Source: Armatimonadota bacterium (GTDB lineage Bacteria; Armatimonadota; Fimbriimonadia; Fimbriimonadales; GBS-DC). From it: a stretch of 64,000 nt of DNA. The stretch covers positions 1-64,000 of the forward strand of contig JBBIJY010000013.1 of assembly GCA_037445735.1 (NCBI GenBank). Reading direction: 5' to 3'. A model generated the notes under the pieces. That model was given only the letters and a program-made list of their open reading frames with translations, was not told the origin of the DNA and did no database searches. Within the stretch, counting starts at the first letter, position 1. Each line of letters starts with the position of its first letter. The position numbers were made by a program, and so were the translations under genes. Positions 1 through 8,442 of the stretch are shown in pieces.

Positions 1-53
1 GCACCAGACTTCGGATCTGGGGGTCGGGGGTTCGAATCCCTCCGGGCGCGCCA
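1..53 (+). tRNA. tRNA-Arg(TCG), 5' part truncated by window edge
   Basis: Anticodon arm CCAGA-CT-TCG-GA-TCTGG, T-arm GGGGG-TTCGAAT-CCCTC, ends in encoded CCA at 51-53. Confidence 0.9.
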
Positions 54-171
54 GCTCACCCTCAGCGCTACACCCCAGATGAAATTTAGATGAAACCGTG
101 CGTCAGGATGAACCCCAGCGCGACCGATTCGTTCATCACAGTACCATCCTTTTCGAAGGGAGGATCGAACG

Positions 172-669
172 ATGAGACGAGTGCTGAGTGTTGTGCTGAG
201 TGCGCTCGCGCTGGGTGTGTGGAGCGCTGGAGCGCAAATCTGGACCTTCAACACGCCGCTGTCGGGAAGCGAGGAAGTGCCGCCAACCGATAGCCCCGCC
301 TCAGGCACCGCGACAGGCACCTATGACCAGCAGACAAATGTGCTGCGAATCATAGTGAGCGCCTCTGGCTTCGAGAGCGACCTGCGGTTCGGGCATATCC
401 ATCGCGGGGCGGCTGGACAGACGGGACCCGTGGTTTTCACTCTGACCAACACCAGTGGCAACCCGCGTGTCTGGTCATCCGACAACACCTTCACGCTCAC
501 CGAAGCGCAGGAGGCGGACTTTCTGAGCGGGCTGTATTATGTGAATCTGCACACGCAGCGGTTCGGTAGCGGCGCCATTCGCGGGCAAATCTTTCCCGTG
601 CCTGAACCCGCTTCGTTGCTCGCGCTGGGTACGGGGCTGGCACTGTGCCTGCGTCGCCGACGCCGTTAG
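172..669 (+). CDS. CHRD-domain secreted protein with PEP-CTERM sorting signal
   Basis: Signal peptide; CHRD motifs LSGSEEVPP..SPASG, HIHRG, YYVNLHT..GAIRGQI; C-terminal VPEP-TM-RRRRR; GGAGG SD. Confidence 0.9.
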   Translation: MRRVLSVVLSALALGVWSAGAQIWTFNTPLSGSEEVPPTDSPASGTATGTYDQQTNVLRIIVSASGFESDLRFGHIHRGAAGQTGPVVFTLTNTSGNPRVWSSDNTFTLTEAQEADFLSGLYYVNLHTQRFGSGAIRGQIFPVPEPASLLALGTGLALCLRRRRR

Positions 670-1571
670 AAATCGACAGGGCGCAGGTAATACTCCCCGA
701 TAGCGGTGGTGGACAGCATCGCGGTGGTGGGCAGATGCCGCTTCCAGTGGGTGCTGTCCACCTTGTTTTTGACCAGCATCACCTCCTCGCGCGGGAAGCC
801 CATCTGCACCAGCCGCTCCGGCGAGTAGCCCTGCGTGAGAAAGTACAGAATGCGATCCGCCTTGCGGTAGGAGATGCCGAAGTCGCCCTCATCGGTCTGA
901 CCCACGATCAGATCGGCGGAGGCGGGCTTCTCCACAATCACTTCGGGCACGCCCATATAACGCGCCAGCTGCCACACCTGCGTTTTGAACAGGTCGCCCA
1001 GCGGGTTCACAGGGGGCGAATCGTCGGCATGCCAGGTGAAGTAGCCGAATAGACGCTCGCTCTTATTGCCCGTGCCAATCGGCAGCGCGTTCAGTTTGGC
1101 GGACTGGTCGAACAGCACAATCATGCGCATGCGGGCGCAGATGTTGCCGATGCGCGCGGGTGTCGCATCGGGTTCATAACGCTCGATGTAGGGGTCCACC
1201 ATCGGCGTGATATCGATCACGCGCGAATGGATGCCCAGCATATCCACCACCAGCTGCGCATGTTCCAGGCTCTGCGGGCTGCTGATTTTGTAGGGCATCA
1301 TGAACGCCCACACATTCTCGGCGCCGAACGCGCGGGCGCATAAAAACGCCACCAGCGACGAGTCGACGCCGCCCGACAGCCCCAGCAGCACGCGCTCGAA
1401 GCCGCGCCGCCGACGCACCTCATCGCGCAGGAACTCGATCAGCCACTCCGCCACCAGCGGCGCGTTAATGCGCAGCGGGTCGTCCGAAGTGGGATCGAAC
1501 GCTGGCGCATACAGCACAGGGAACCCCTGCCCTGCCTCGCTCTTCGCTGCTACCATCGCGCGTTTCACCAC
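666..1571 (-). CDS. nadE: NH3-dependent NAD+ synthetase
   Basis: GLSGGVDSS PP-loop, GNICARMRM, GTGNKSE, PLGDLFKTQV, PASADL..GQTDE. Confidence 0.95.
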   Translation of the reverse strand: MVKRAMVAAKSEAGQGFPVLYAPAFDPTSDDPLRINAPLVAEWLIEFLRDEVRRRRGFERVLLGLSGGVDSSLVAFLCARAFGAENVWAFMMPYKISSPQSLEHAQLVVDMLGIHSRVIDITPMVDPYIERYEPDATPARIGNICARMRMIVLFDQSAKLNALPIGTGNKSERLFGYFTWHADDSPPVNPLGDLFKTQVWQLARYMGVPEVIVEKPASADLIVGQTDEGDFGISYRKADRILYFLTQGYSPERLVQMGFPREEVMLVKNKVDSTHWKRHLPTTAMLSTTAIGEYYLRPVDF

Positions 1572-2803
1572 TATTGATGAGTGTACCTCAGCGGCGCGCG
1601 ACGCTCGTCTTCAGAGACCGCCCGAAAGCCCGCCTGCTTCAGCCCCTTCTGAATGGGTGGCATCCGCGCCGTCAGCTCCCAGATGAAGCCGCTCGCATGG
1701 TTCTCCAGCGCCAGCAGCATCATGCCCAGATCGATGCCGACCACCTCGCGATCCCACCAGTCGCGCTCCACATTAAAGGCGTTGCCGAAGCCGTAGCGTC
1801 CCCACAGTTTGGAGTGGTAGCGGTCATAGATGGCTTTGAGCGCTTTCAGGCTCTCGTCCGGCGTGAAGATGATGGAGGTGATGGGCGCGGTGGGCGCGAC
1901 GGTGCCGTCATGTTCGATATCGCCGGGCGCGCCGTAGCCCCTGTAGCCGTCGGGTCCATCGGACGCTGTCAGCCCCCACACATCCTCGCTGTAGGTTTTG
2001 TAGCGGCACGCCATGTCGATGCAGAAGGCGCGTTGCGCCAGCGTCGCGTTGCGTGAGGCAATCCAGTAGTTATAGCCCAGCCTGTCGCGCTTGCCCCGAA
2101 AGTCGATGAACACATGGCTCATCTGGTGCAGGAAGAGCGGTCCGCCGAACAGGATCGGATAGTTCTGATAGCGCAGGAGGGGGCGATACCAGGCGTCCCA
2201 GCATTCAGATGGGATGGGGTGCGTGGGCGAGCCGAGCGCGAGCAGATACAGGAACATCATCTCGGCGTAGTGGTCCCAGCGGTTGGGCAGGAAGCCCGTT
2301 TCGGGTTTCCAGCCCATCGCGAGCGTCTTTTCGGCGGGGCGCGCGCCGCCATCGGTCAGCATCCAGGTGAAGTCGGCGCGCTCATAGAGGCTCTGCGCCT
2401 GTTTGCGGAGGGTGGGCGTGTCCAGCCCCTCGGCGGCAATCAGCGCGCCCATTATGAGCAGCCCCGTGTCGATGGAGGAGACCTCGCAGTGCCAGTGGCG
2501 TTCGCCCGTTTCCCGGTGGATGAAGTGATAGAGCCAGCCGCGCTGGTGGGGCAGCTGCAGGTGCGATTCGAGCATCTGCTCGGCGCGGTTGACCGCCTGA
2601 CCCTTCTCCAGCCAGCCGCGTCGGACAGCAATCGGCAAGGCGGCGAGCGCGAAGCCACTGGCGGCGACGCTCGACACCACGAACTCGTCGCGCTCGTGAT
2701 TATTTGCACGGTCTTTGACGAAGCCCGTGTCGGGATGCGCCTCGCGCCAGAAATAGTCAAACGCCCGCCGCGCTAACTGCTCCAGCAAAACTTTCGTATC
2801 CAT
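1571..2803 (-). CDS. Glucoamylase-fold glycoside hydrolase, probably GH144 endo-beta-1,2-glucanase
   Basis: AFDYFW, SVAASGFAL, GWLYHF, EVSSIDT, GPLFLHQMSH, WGLTASDGP, GIDLG motifs. Confidence 0.8.
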   Translation of the reverse strand: MDTKVLLEQLARRAFDYFWREAHPDTGFVKDRANNHERDEFVVSSVAASGFALAALPIAVRRGWLEKGQAVNRAEQMLESHLQLPHQRGWLYHFIHRETGERHWHCEVSSIDTGLLIMGALIAAEGLDTPTLRKQAQSLYERADFTWMLTDGGARPAEKTLAMGWKPETGFLPNRWDHYAEMMFLYLLALGSPTHPIPSECWDAWYRPLLRYQNYPILFGGPLFLHQMSHVFIDFRGKRDRLGYNYWIASRNATLAQRAFCIDMACRYKTYSEDVWGLTASDGPDGYRGYGAPGDIEHDGTVAPTAPITSIIFTPDESLKALKAIYDRYHSKLWGRYGFGNAFNVERDWWDREVVGIDLGMMLLALENHASGFIWELTARMPPIQKGLKQAGFRAVSEDERRAPLRYTHQ

Positions 2804-2891
2804 CAGCTTTAAGCATAGCAGAACAGGATGCCCCTGACCCGATACAGGTCTGGAGCATCCTGCCTGTCGAGCAAGCAGTGAGTTGCAGGGT

Positions 2892-3746
2892 CTAAAAACA
2901 GGGAGGGGTGTTGCTCGGCGTGCGATTCAACAGGGTGTAGCAGAAGGTGTTGAGCCATCGGATGTCGGGATTGCCGCCCGTGATGTCGTTCGGGTTGCAC
3001 GGGTTATATTGCCACATATTGGTGATGTTATCGTTGATAGCAGGACATGTGGCGTTCCAGTGGGTATATTTGGCGTGACCATCGGCGAACACAAGATTAC
3101 TGTAGAGGTCACTCCCCCGATGGTTCGCGCCCCAGTTGCTGTAAGGAGAATCCGACCATGTGCCAGGTCGGAAGTAGGCTATCCACGGACCGTAGTCAGG
3201 GTATCGATCTTTACTCTCGCCCAGCACAATAGCGGTCGCCGGGTGTGTGATGCTGGAATAGCGGTATCCAACCCCTACCCACCAGAAGTTGGGATCATTT
3301 TGAGTGCGAGGTGGTGAGTAGCTGGATTTGAAAAACGGACGATAATAGAAGTAACCCACCATAAAGCGCGGTTGCCGTAGCAGATTCGCAGGACATTCAG
3401 CAGCTTGATCGGGTGTTCTTGATCCAGGGTTGGTTGGGCAGCGAAACAGATCGGTATTCTTGTTATACGGATAAACAAGGTGTTTCCAGGTGATGCAACC
3501 GTTCTCATTAAGAGTGTTAGGTCCGCTTGGGATGTAGTCGTATCTGGGCGGCATTACCTCGTCATGATCATCACTGTACATGGTGATGGACTGCCCGATC
3601 TGTTTCAGGTGGCTCACACACTGGGTCAATCGCGCCGATTCGCGCGCCTGCGCGAACACGGGGAACAGAATCGCTGCCAGAATGGCGATAATCGCTATCA
3701 CGACCAGCAACTCAATCAATGTGAACCCATTACCGTGTCGCTTCAT
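2892..3746 (-). CDS. DUF1559 prepilin-type N-terminal cleavage / H-X9-DG protein
   Basis: [42 protein letters not shown]-terminus; [10 protein letters not shown] motif; AGGAGG SD. Confidence 0.92.
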   Translation of the reverse strand: MKRHGNGFTLIELLVVIAIIAILAAILFPVFAQARESARLTQCVSHLKQIGQSITMYSDDHDEVMPPRYDYIPSGPNTLNENGCITWKHLVYPYNKNTDLFRCPTNPGSRTPDQAAECPANLLRQPRFMVGYFYYRPFFKSSYSPPRTQNDPNFWWVGVGYRYSSITHPATAIVLGESKDRYPDYGPWIAYFRPGTWSDSPYSNWGANHRGSDLYSNLVFADGHAKYTHWNATCPAINDNITNMWQYNPCNPNDITGGNPDIRWLNTFCYTLLNRTPSNTPPCF

Positions 3747-3757
3747 CGTTCATCCTC

Positions 3758-3994
3758 CTATCGTGGATTAACGGGGGGTTGACTCTGCGAAGATGTGCCT
3801 GGAGGCGGCGCCCAGGGCGGGGGAGGTGTGCCCGGTGGGAGCTCACCAGGTCTCACAGGTTTACCCAATCCCGCCTCCTTCGCGCTGAGTTCGCCCGAAG
3901 GCGTGCGGAAAAAGAAGTAGTAGACGGCAATGACGAGAACAACCGCCACCACAATAATGCCCCATGCAATTCTGGGATCGATCTCGGTTTTCAT
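3758..3994 (-). CDS. Small single-TM protein with Pro-rich tail
   Basis: GGAGG SD before ATG (MKTEIDPRIAWG...), TM segment, ATGA overlap with LacI stop. Confidence 0.75.
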   Translation of the reverse strand: MKTEIDPRIAWGIIVVAVVLVIAVYYFFFRTPSGELSAKEAGLGKPVRPGELPPGTPPPPWAPPPGTSSQSQPPVNPR

Positions 3995-5022
3995 GGTTGT
4001 GCCTCCCTGGAAGCGCCGCAAGAGGCGCGGATGTCGAGGCTGGGCGTGTAGAGGCGCGGCTCCACCCGCTCGCCCCGAATCAGCTGCACCAGCATGGTCA
4101 GCGCGTCGGCTGCCATCTGATAGATGGGCTGGCGGACGCTGGTCAGCGGCGGATGAGTGTGTTCACAGATGGGCGTCGAGTCGAAGCCGACAATCGCGAT
4201 ATCGTCGGGCACCTTCAGCCCCAGCTCGTTGCAGAGGCTCAGCGCCCGAAACGCCACCTCGTCGCTCCATGCGAAGAGGGCGGTCGGGCGATTGGGGCTG
4301 CAGAGCAGCTCGCGCAGGGGCGCCAGATCCGCGCCGCCGTGATGGAGCGGAATAATGTAGTCCTCGCGAATGCGCAGACCGTGTTCCGCCATCGTCTGGC
4401 GATAGCCCTGCAGGCGATCGCGGGCGCTGCAGGCGCGCGGCGAGCCAGCCAGATGGGCAATCCGCCGATGTCCCAGCCGAATCAGATGCTCCACCGCCAT
4501 GCGTGCGCCCGCCACATTATCGCAATCGACCCAGCACACATCGTCGCGGTGGCTGCGCGTGAAGAACAGCACCATCGGGAAGCCCCGCTCCGTTAGCAGG
4601 TCAATCAGCGGGTCTTCGTAATCGCGCAGGAGGAGTGCGCCGTCCACGCGCCCGTCCATCAGCACCGACGCCTCCGCCTCCGCCGACGGCTGGGCGCGCG
4701 TGTGCATGAGGATATCGTAGCCCAGCTCGATGGCTTTGTCCGACACGCCGTGCATCAGCTCGTTGGTGAAGCCGGACCAGCCCTGAAAGATGGCAGGGAA
4801 CTGCAGCACGACGGCAATCGTGTCGGTGCGCTGGCGCACCAGTGCGCGCGCGACGGCGTTCGGATAGTAGCCCAGTTCCTGCACCGCTGCCAGCACGCGC
4901 TGGCGCGTCGCCTCGCTGATGGGCACCGCCGTCGGACGGTTGTTCAGAATGTTCGAGACCGTCACCTTAGAGACGCCCGCTCGCCTTGCCACATCCGCCA
5001 GCGTCACTCTGCGCCGATTCAT
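3991..5022 (-). CDS. LacI-family transcriptional regulator
   Basis: TLADVARRAGVSKVTVS HTH, YYPNAVARAL hinge, VGFD..PPLTSVRQP. Confidence 0.95.
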   Translation of the reverse strand: MNRRRVTLADVARRAGVSKVTVSNILNNRPTAVPISEATRQRVLAAVQELGYYPNAVARALVRQRTDTIAVVLQFPAIFQGWSGFTNELMHGVSDKAIELGYDILMHTRAQPSAEAEASVLMDGRVDGALLLRDYEDPLIDLLTERGFPMVLFFTRSHRDDVCWVDCDNVAGARMAVEHLIRLGHRRIAHLAGSPRACSARDRLQGYRQTMAEHGLRIREDYIIPLHHGGADLAPLRELLCSPNRPTALFAWSDEVAFRALSLCNELGLKVPDDIAIVGFDSTPICEHTHPPLTSVRQPIYQMAADALTMLVQLIRGERVEPRLYTPSLDIRASCGASREAQP

Positions 5023-5044
5023 CGCTACGCGCCTCCCTCTGGAT

Positions 5045-5070
5045 GGGGAGCCTCCTTCAGGAGGCTCCCC
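5045..5070. terminator. Perfect 11-bp stem-loop between the secreted-protein gene and lacI (terminator or mRNA stabiliser)
   Basis: GGGGAGCCTCC-TTCA-GGAGGCTCCCC; no U-tract. Confidence 0.5.
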
Positions 5071-5090
5071 GCTGGGGGTATGGTTGGGTG

Positions 5091-5984
5091 TTATCCACCC
5101 GCTCCGAAGTTGAACAGCACGGTCAGCAGGTCGGCGTCATCCACGCGACCATCCAGGTTCACATCGCCGACGCCCGAACCCAGCACGGTGCGCCCGTTGA
5201 ATTTGATGTTGCACCACTGGGCGGTGCCGCCCGCCGTGTTGCCCTGATTGATGCCGTTGATCTGCAGGTAGCCGCCGATGGAGAAGTAGCGCAGCCCGTG
5301 CGGACCGCCGTTGTAGGTGCTGCCCGAGTCGCCGGGGCTGAGCCAGCCGCTGGTGTAGGTCTGATTGTTGTAGCGCACCTCGTATTGCACCTTCTTCTGG
5401 GCGCCGTCATAGCGGAAGATGAGCGTGATGGGACCGCCCTGATAGCGGGCGCCGCCACCGTTCCAGAAAGGCAGGCGTCCACCGAAGGCAGCAATCTCGC
5501 CGCCTGCACCGCCCGCCGACTCGTTGGCGACCATCAGCACGCCGTCCGCCCACCAGTTGCCCTGATCGTTCACCTCACGCGGATAGCGCGGGAAGGGGCG
5601 CTCCAGCACAAACAGCCCCGCCTCCACGGTGCGGTTCGCCTGCATCACCGGGGTCAGATTGAAGGTGACTTCCAGCTCCAGCGTGCTGCCAGTCGTGTCG
5701 GGGTCAAACCAGGTGGGACCAATCCCGTCCGTCGTGATGAACCACACATGGCGGTTGCCCCAGCCACACTGGGAGTACCAGTCAGGGTCAGGATTACCGT
5801 TCGGGTCGGTGCCCTGACAATCGGTCGAGGTGTCCGACAGGGTGAGACACCCGTTCGCAAAGGACCAGGTGAAGGTGGACGACGCATCGTCGTGCCACAC
5901 ATAGGGTCGCACCCACACATCCTGCGCGCTTGCCCACAGTGCAACGGCAGCGCTTCCGATCAGAATCATCAGCCATCGCTTCAT
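5091..5984 (-). CDS. Secreted beta-rich protein with a single dockerin-like C-terminal repeat
   Basis: Signal peptide (..ASA/QD), GGAGG SD, C-terminus [25 protein letters not shown]. Confidence 0.85.
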   Translation of the reverse strand: MKRWLMILIGSAAVALWASAQDVWVRPYVWHDDASSTFTWSFANGCLTLSDTSTDCQGTDPNGNPDPDWYSQCGWGNRHVWFITTDGIGPTWFDPDTTGSTLELEVTFNLTPVMQANRTVEAGLFVLERPFPRYPREVNDQGNWWADGVLMVANESAGGAGGEIAAFGGRLPFWNGGGARYQGGPITLIFRYDGAQKKVQYEVRYNNQTYTSGWLSPGDSGSTYNGGPHGLRYFSIGGYLQINGINQGNTAGGTAQWCNIKFNGRTVLGSGVGDVNLDGRVDDADLLTVLFNFGAGG

Positions 5985-6050
5985 CGCCTGTACCTCCGTT
6001 CGTCGGATTGTGAACCAATCGGCACGGTTTGTTGAGGCTAATCGAGTGTC

Positions 6051-6064
6051 GTTAACCGATTAGC
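6051..6064. promoter_or_regulatory. Candidate LacI-family operator
   Basis: Near-palindrome GTTAACCGATTAGC with AAnCGnTT core at the predicted transcription start of an operon containing a LacI gene. Confidence 0.65.
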
Positions 6065-6070
6065 GTCTCG

Positions 6071-6100
6071 ATTATACCCCACTCTGGGGGCGTTTGTCAA
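6071..6100 (-). promoter_or_regulatory. Consensus sigma70 promoter
   Basis: TTGACA (6100-6095) - 18 nt - TATAAT (6076-6071) on the minus strand. Confidence 0.85.
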
Positions 6101-6109
6101 GGGGTTGAG

Positions 6110-6277
6110 GAGGCTGTTCGCAAATTCGGGTCATAACATCGATCTGGGTGAAGCCCCTCACCCGTGCCCTCTCCCCCGCCTGCGGGGGAGAGGGATTTAG
6201 TTGCTTCCTCTCCCCTCTGGGGAGAGGGTTGGGGTGAGGGGCATCCTCTCCTCTGGTTGGATTTTTTGAACGCCCTC
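6110..6277. mobile_element. MITE-like element (168 bp) carrying REP-like hairpins
   Basis: Imperfect TIRs GAGGCTGTTCGCAAA / TTTTTGAACGCCCTC (11/15 match); flanking direct repeat AGGGGTTGAG at 6100-6109 and 6278-6287. Confidence 0.65.
6154..6241. repeat. Composite REP-like palindrome (CCCCTCACCC outer stem enclosing two CCCTCTCCC..GGGAGAGGG hairpins)
   Basis: Same architecture at 21215-21315; partial copies at 6596-6727 and 42627-42666. Confidence 0.85.
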
Positions 6278-6335
6278 AGGGGTTGAGGGAGGGTGTCAGG
6301 CTGCAGGGATCTCTGGCGGGGGAGCGGGAGTGAGG

Positions 6336-7316
6336 TTAGAAAACCTCTATCGAATCGTCGTGCTGTTGCCAGCGGGCGATTAAATTCTGTCCGCCGACGA
6401 AGAACGCCGTGCTGAGTGCATCGCTCAGCGTTGCGTTCGGCGCGCTCACCGACACGCTGTGGCAGGCGTTTGCTGGATAGCCTGTGCGCGGGTCAAGGAT
6501 GTGCGCATAGCGGACGCCATCCACCTCAAAAAACTGCTCGCTGCCGCCAGAGGTGGAGAGCGCACGGTCGCGCAACGAGAGGGCTATTTGAGATGCCCCC
6601 TCACCCGTACCCTCTCCCCCGCAGGCGGGGGAGAGGGGTGGGTTGGGCGTAGCCTTTCCCCCTGAGGGGGAGAGGGATGGGTTGGGCGTAGCCTTTCCCC
6701 CTGAGGGGGAGAGGGATGGGTTGGGCGGGATTTCGACGCGCCAGCCGTCGGCGTCGGGCGGTGCGCCCAGCGCGTAAAAAGTGCTGCCGCCTGCCGACAG
6801 CAGCGCCGCCTGAACGCCGAGCTGTTTCAGCCGCCGAACGCAGGAGTCGACCGCCCAGCCCTTGCCAATCGCGCCGAAACTGAGTTCCACTCCCTCACGG
6901 GCATAATACACCCATCGCCCTTCGGGTTCCAGAAGCACCCACTCCATACCGACCCGCTCCAGCGCATTAGCAATCTCGTCGGGTGATGGCACCCGATAGC
7001 ACCGATCCACGAAACCCCACAGGCGCAACAGTGGAGTGACGGTTGGGTCAAACGCGCCCTCCGTCTGCTCCCAGAGCGTTTTGCTGGTTTGCAAGAGTTG
7101 AAATAGCCCCGGCTCGACGCGCACAGGCTCGCGGGCAGCATGCGCGTTCAGATAGTTCAGGTCGCTATCGGGCTGATAGAGGCTGAGCTGGCGTTCCAGC
7201 CGCTGCACCTCCTCACGCAGCTCGCCCGCTATTGCCTCCGCATGTCGCTCATCAGGCTCCACCAGATAGAGTTCGTAATCGGTGCCCATCGCCTGCCAGC
7301 GGAAGGCGCGAATCAC
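6336..7316 (-). CDS. apbE: FAD:protein FMN transferase (ApbE family) with in-frame repeat insertion
   Basis: AMGT, GAFDPTV.PL..LWGF, GAIGKGWAVD, LSTSGG.E, HILDPRTGYP, DALSTA motifs. Confidence 0.9.
   Translation of the reverse strand: MIRAFRWQAMGTDYELYLVEPDERHAEAIAGELREEVQRLERQLSLYQPDSDLNYLNAHAAREPVRVEPGLFQLLQTSKTLWEQTEGAFDPTVTPLLRLWGFVDRCYRVPSPDEIANALERVGMEWVLLEPEGRWVYYAREGVELSFGAIGKGWAVDSCVRRLKQLGVQAALLSAGGSTFYALGAPPDADGWRVEIPPNPSLSPSGGKATPNPSLSPSGGKATPNPPLSPACGGEGTGEGASQIALSLRDRALSTSGGSEQFFEVDGVRYAHILDPRTGYPANACHSVSVSAPNATLSDALSTAFFVGGQNLIARWQQHDDSIEVF
6596..6727. repeat. REP-like hairpin plus two 39-bp tandem units inside the apbE coding sequence
   Basis: Encodes PNPSLSPSGGKAT x2 + PNPPLSPACGGEGTGEG; first hairpin nearly identical to 6154-6194. 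Confidence 0.85.
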
Positions 7317-8224
7317 GGGTTGATCACCGCCCTGAGCGCGCTCTCCAGATGGGGATAGTGGAACTCATAGCCTGCGGCAAGCAGTCGGCGGGGCAGCACG
7401 CGCGAACCCGTCAGCAGTGTTTCCGCCAGCTCGCGCCCGAAAAGCATCCGCAGTGCGAAGGCAGGCACGCGCAACGACGCAGGGCGATCCAGCACCCTGC
7501 CCAGCGTGCGGGCAAACTCGTCCATCGTCACGGGGTTCGGCGCGGTGAAGTTGAACGCACCCGACAGGTCCGCACGCTCCAGCAGGAACAGCACCGCGCC
7601 CACCACATCAGCAAGATGAATCCATGAGAGCCACTGCCTGCCAGAGCCAATTGGTCCGCCCAGACCCCATCGGAACGGGGTCAGCAGGCGCTGCATAATG
7701 CCGCCACCCTGCCCAAGCACCACGCCGAATCGCAGCCAGCACACGCGCACGCTGAGCGATTCGGCAGGTCGCGCCGCCGCCTCCCACTCCTTCGCCAGAT
7801 TCGCCAGAAAGTCGTGCCCGAACGCGCCGTTCTCGTCCAGCTCAAGGCTCGGGTTCTGGTCATAGATGCCGATTGCCGAGGCTTGCAACAATGTGGCAGG
7901 ACGGCGTTGTACCTGGGCGAGGGCTTCCGTTAGCAATCGGGTGGGTCCGATTCGGCTCTCGCGCAGGCGCTGCTTGACCGCAGGCGTCCATCGCCGGGCG
8001 ATATCCTCGCCCGTGAGATTGATAATCGCGCCTGCGCCCTCCAGCGCCGACACCCACTCCCCCAGCGTGCGTCCGTCCCAGTGCACCAGCTCAACTTCGG
8101 CAGGCAATCGGGCGCGGGCGCCCGCTACCTCGCGAGTCAGCACCGCGACGGTGTATTGCCCCACGCACGCCTGAACCACCGCCCGCCCGATGAAACCCGT
8201 GCCACCAGCCACCACCACTTTCAT
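7313..8224 (-). CDS. TIGR01777/YfcH-family NAD-dependent epimerase-like protein
   Basis: GGTGFIG, INLTGE, LGGPIGSGRQWLSWIH, FNFTAPNPV, RVLPRRL...Y.F.YP.LE.AL. Confidence 0.92.
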   Translation of the reverse strand: MKVVVAGGTGFIGRAVVQACVGQYTVAVLTREVAGARARLPAEVELVHWDGRTLGEWVSALEGAGAIINLTGEDIARRWTPAVKQRLRESRIGPTRLLTEALAQVQRRPATLLQASAIGIYDQNPSLELDENGAFGHDFLANLAKEWEAAARPAESLSVRVCWLRFGVVLGQGGGIMQRLLTPFRWGLGGPIGSGRQWLSWIHLADVVGAVLFLLERADLSGAFNFTAPNPVTMDEFARTLGRVLDRPASLRVPAFALRMLFGRELAETLLTGSRVLPRRLLAAGYEFHYPHLESALRAVINP

Positions 8225-8268
8225 AACTTAACCACCGATTCGCCATGCGAGTATATATCCCTGCAATG

Positions 8269-8302
8269 AAAAAGAGCCGGGCGGCTGGTCAACCGCCCGG
8301 CT
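8269..8302 (-). terminator. Intrinsic terminator
   Basis: AGCCGGGCGG-loop-CCGCCCGGCT followed by CTTTTT on the minus strand. Confidence 0.8.
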
Positions 8303-8410
8303 TGGCAGGCACGGCAGGGACGATCCCCTGTCTTTGGGAGCAAAGCCTCGCGACATTGCATGGGCAGCCGGTACCCGTTTAAATCGCTTCCCCTCCCACC
8401 CAGCGCTGCC
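8269..8410 (-). ncRNA. Candidate structured small RNA (about 140 nt), family unassigned
   Basis: TATAAT at 8420-8415, closing stem GGCAG../..CUGCC, internal hairpins, ends in an intrinsic terminator; no convincing ORF. Confidence 0.4.
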
Positions 8411-8442
8411 TCCAATTATATCCTGTCGACAGTGCTATTGTG

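Noticed and set aside
8300-8380. c-di-GMP-I, cobalamin or FMN riboswitch (GCAAAGCC and CCTGCC fragments)
   Set aside because: Core motifs (GGCAAAC..GAAA..GACGCAAA, the B12 box, FMN conserved loops) are absent; kept only as an unassigned sRNA candidate.
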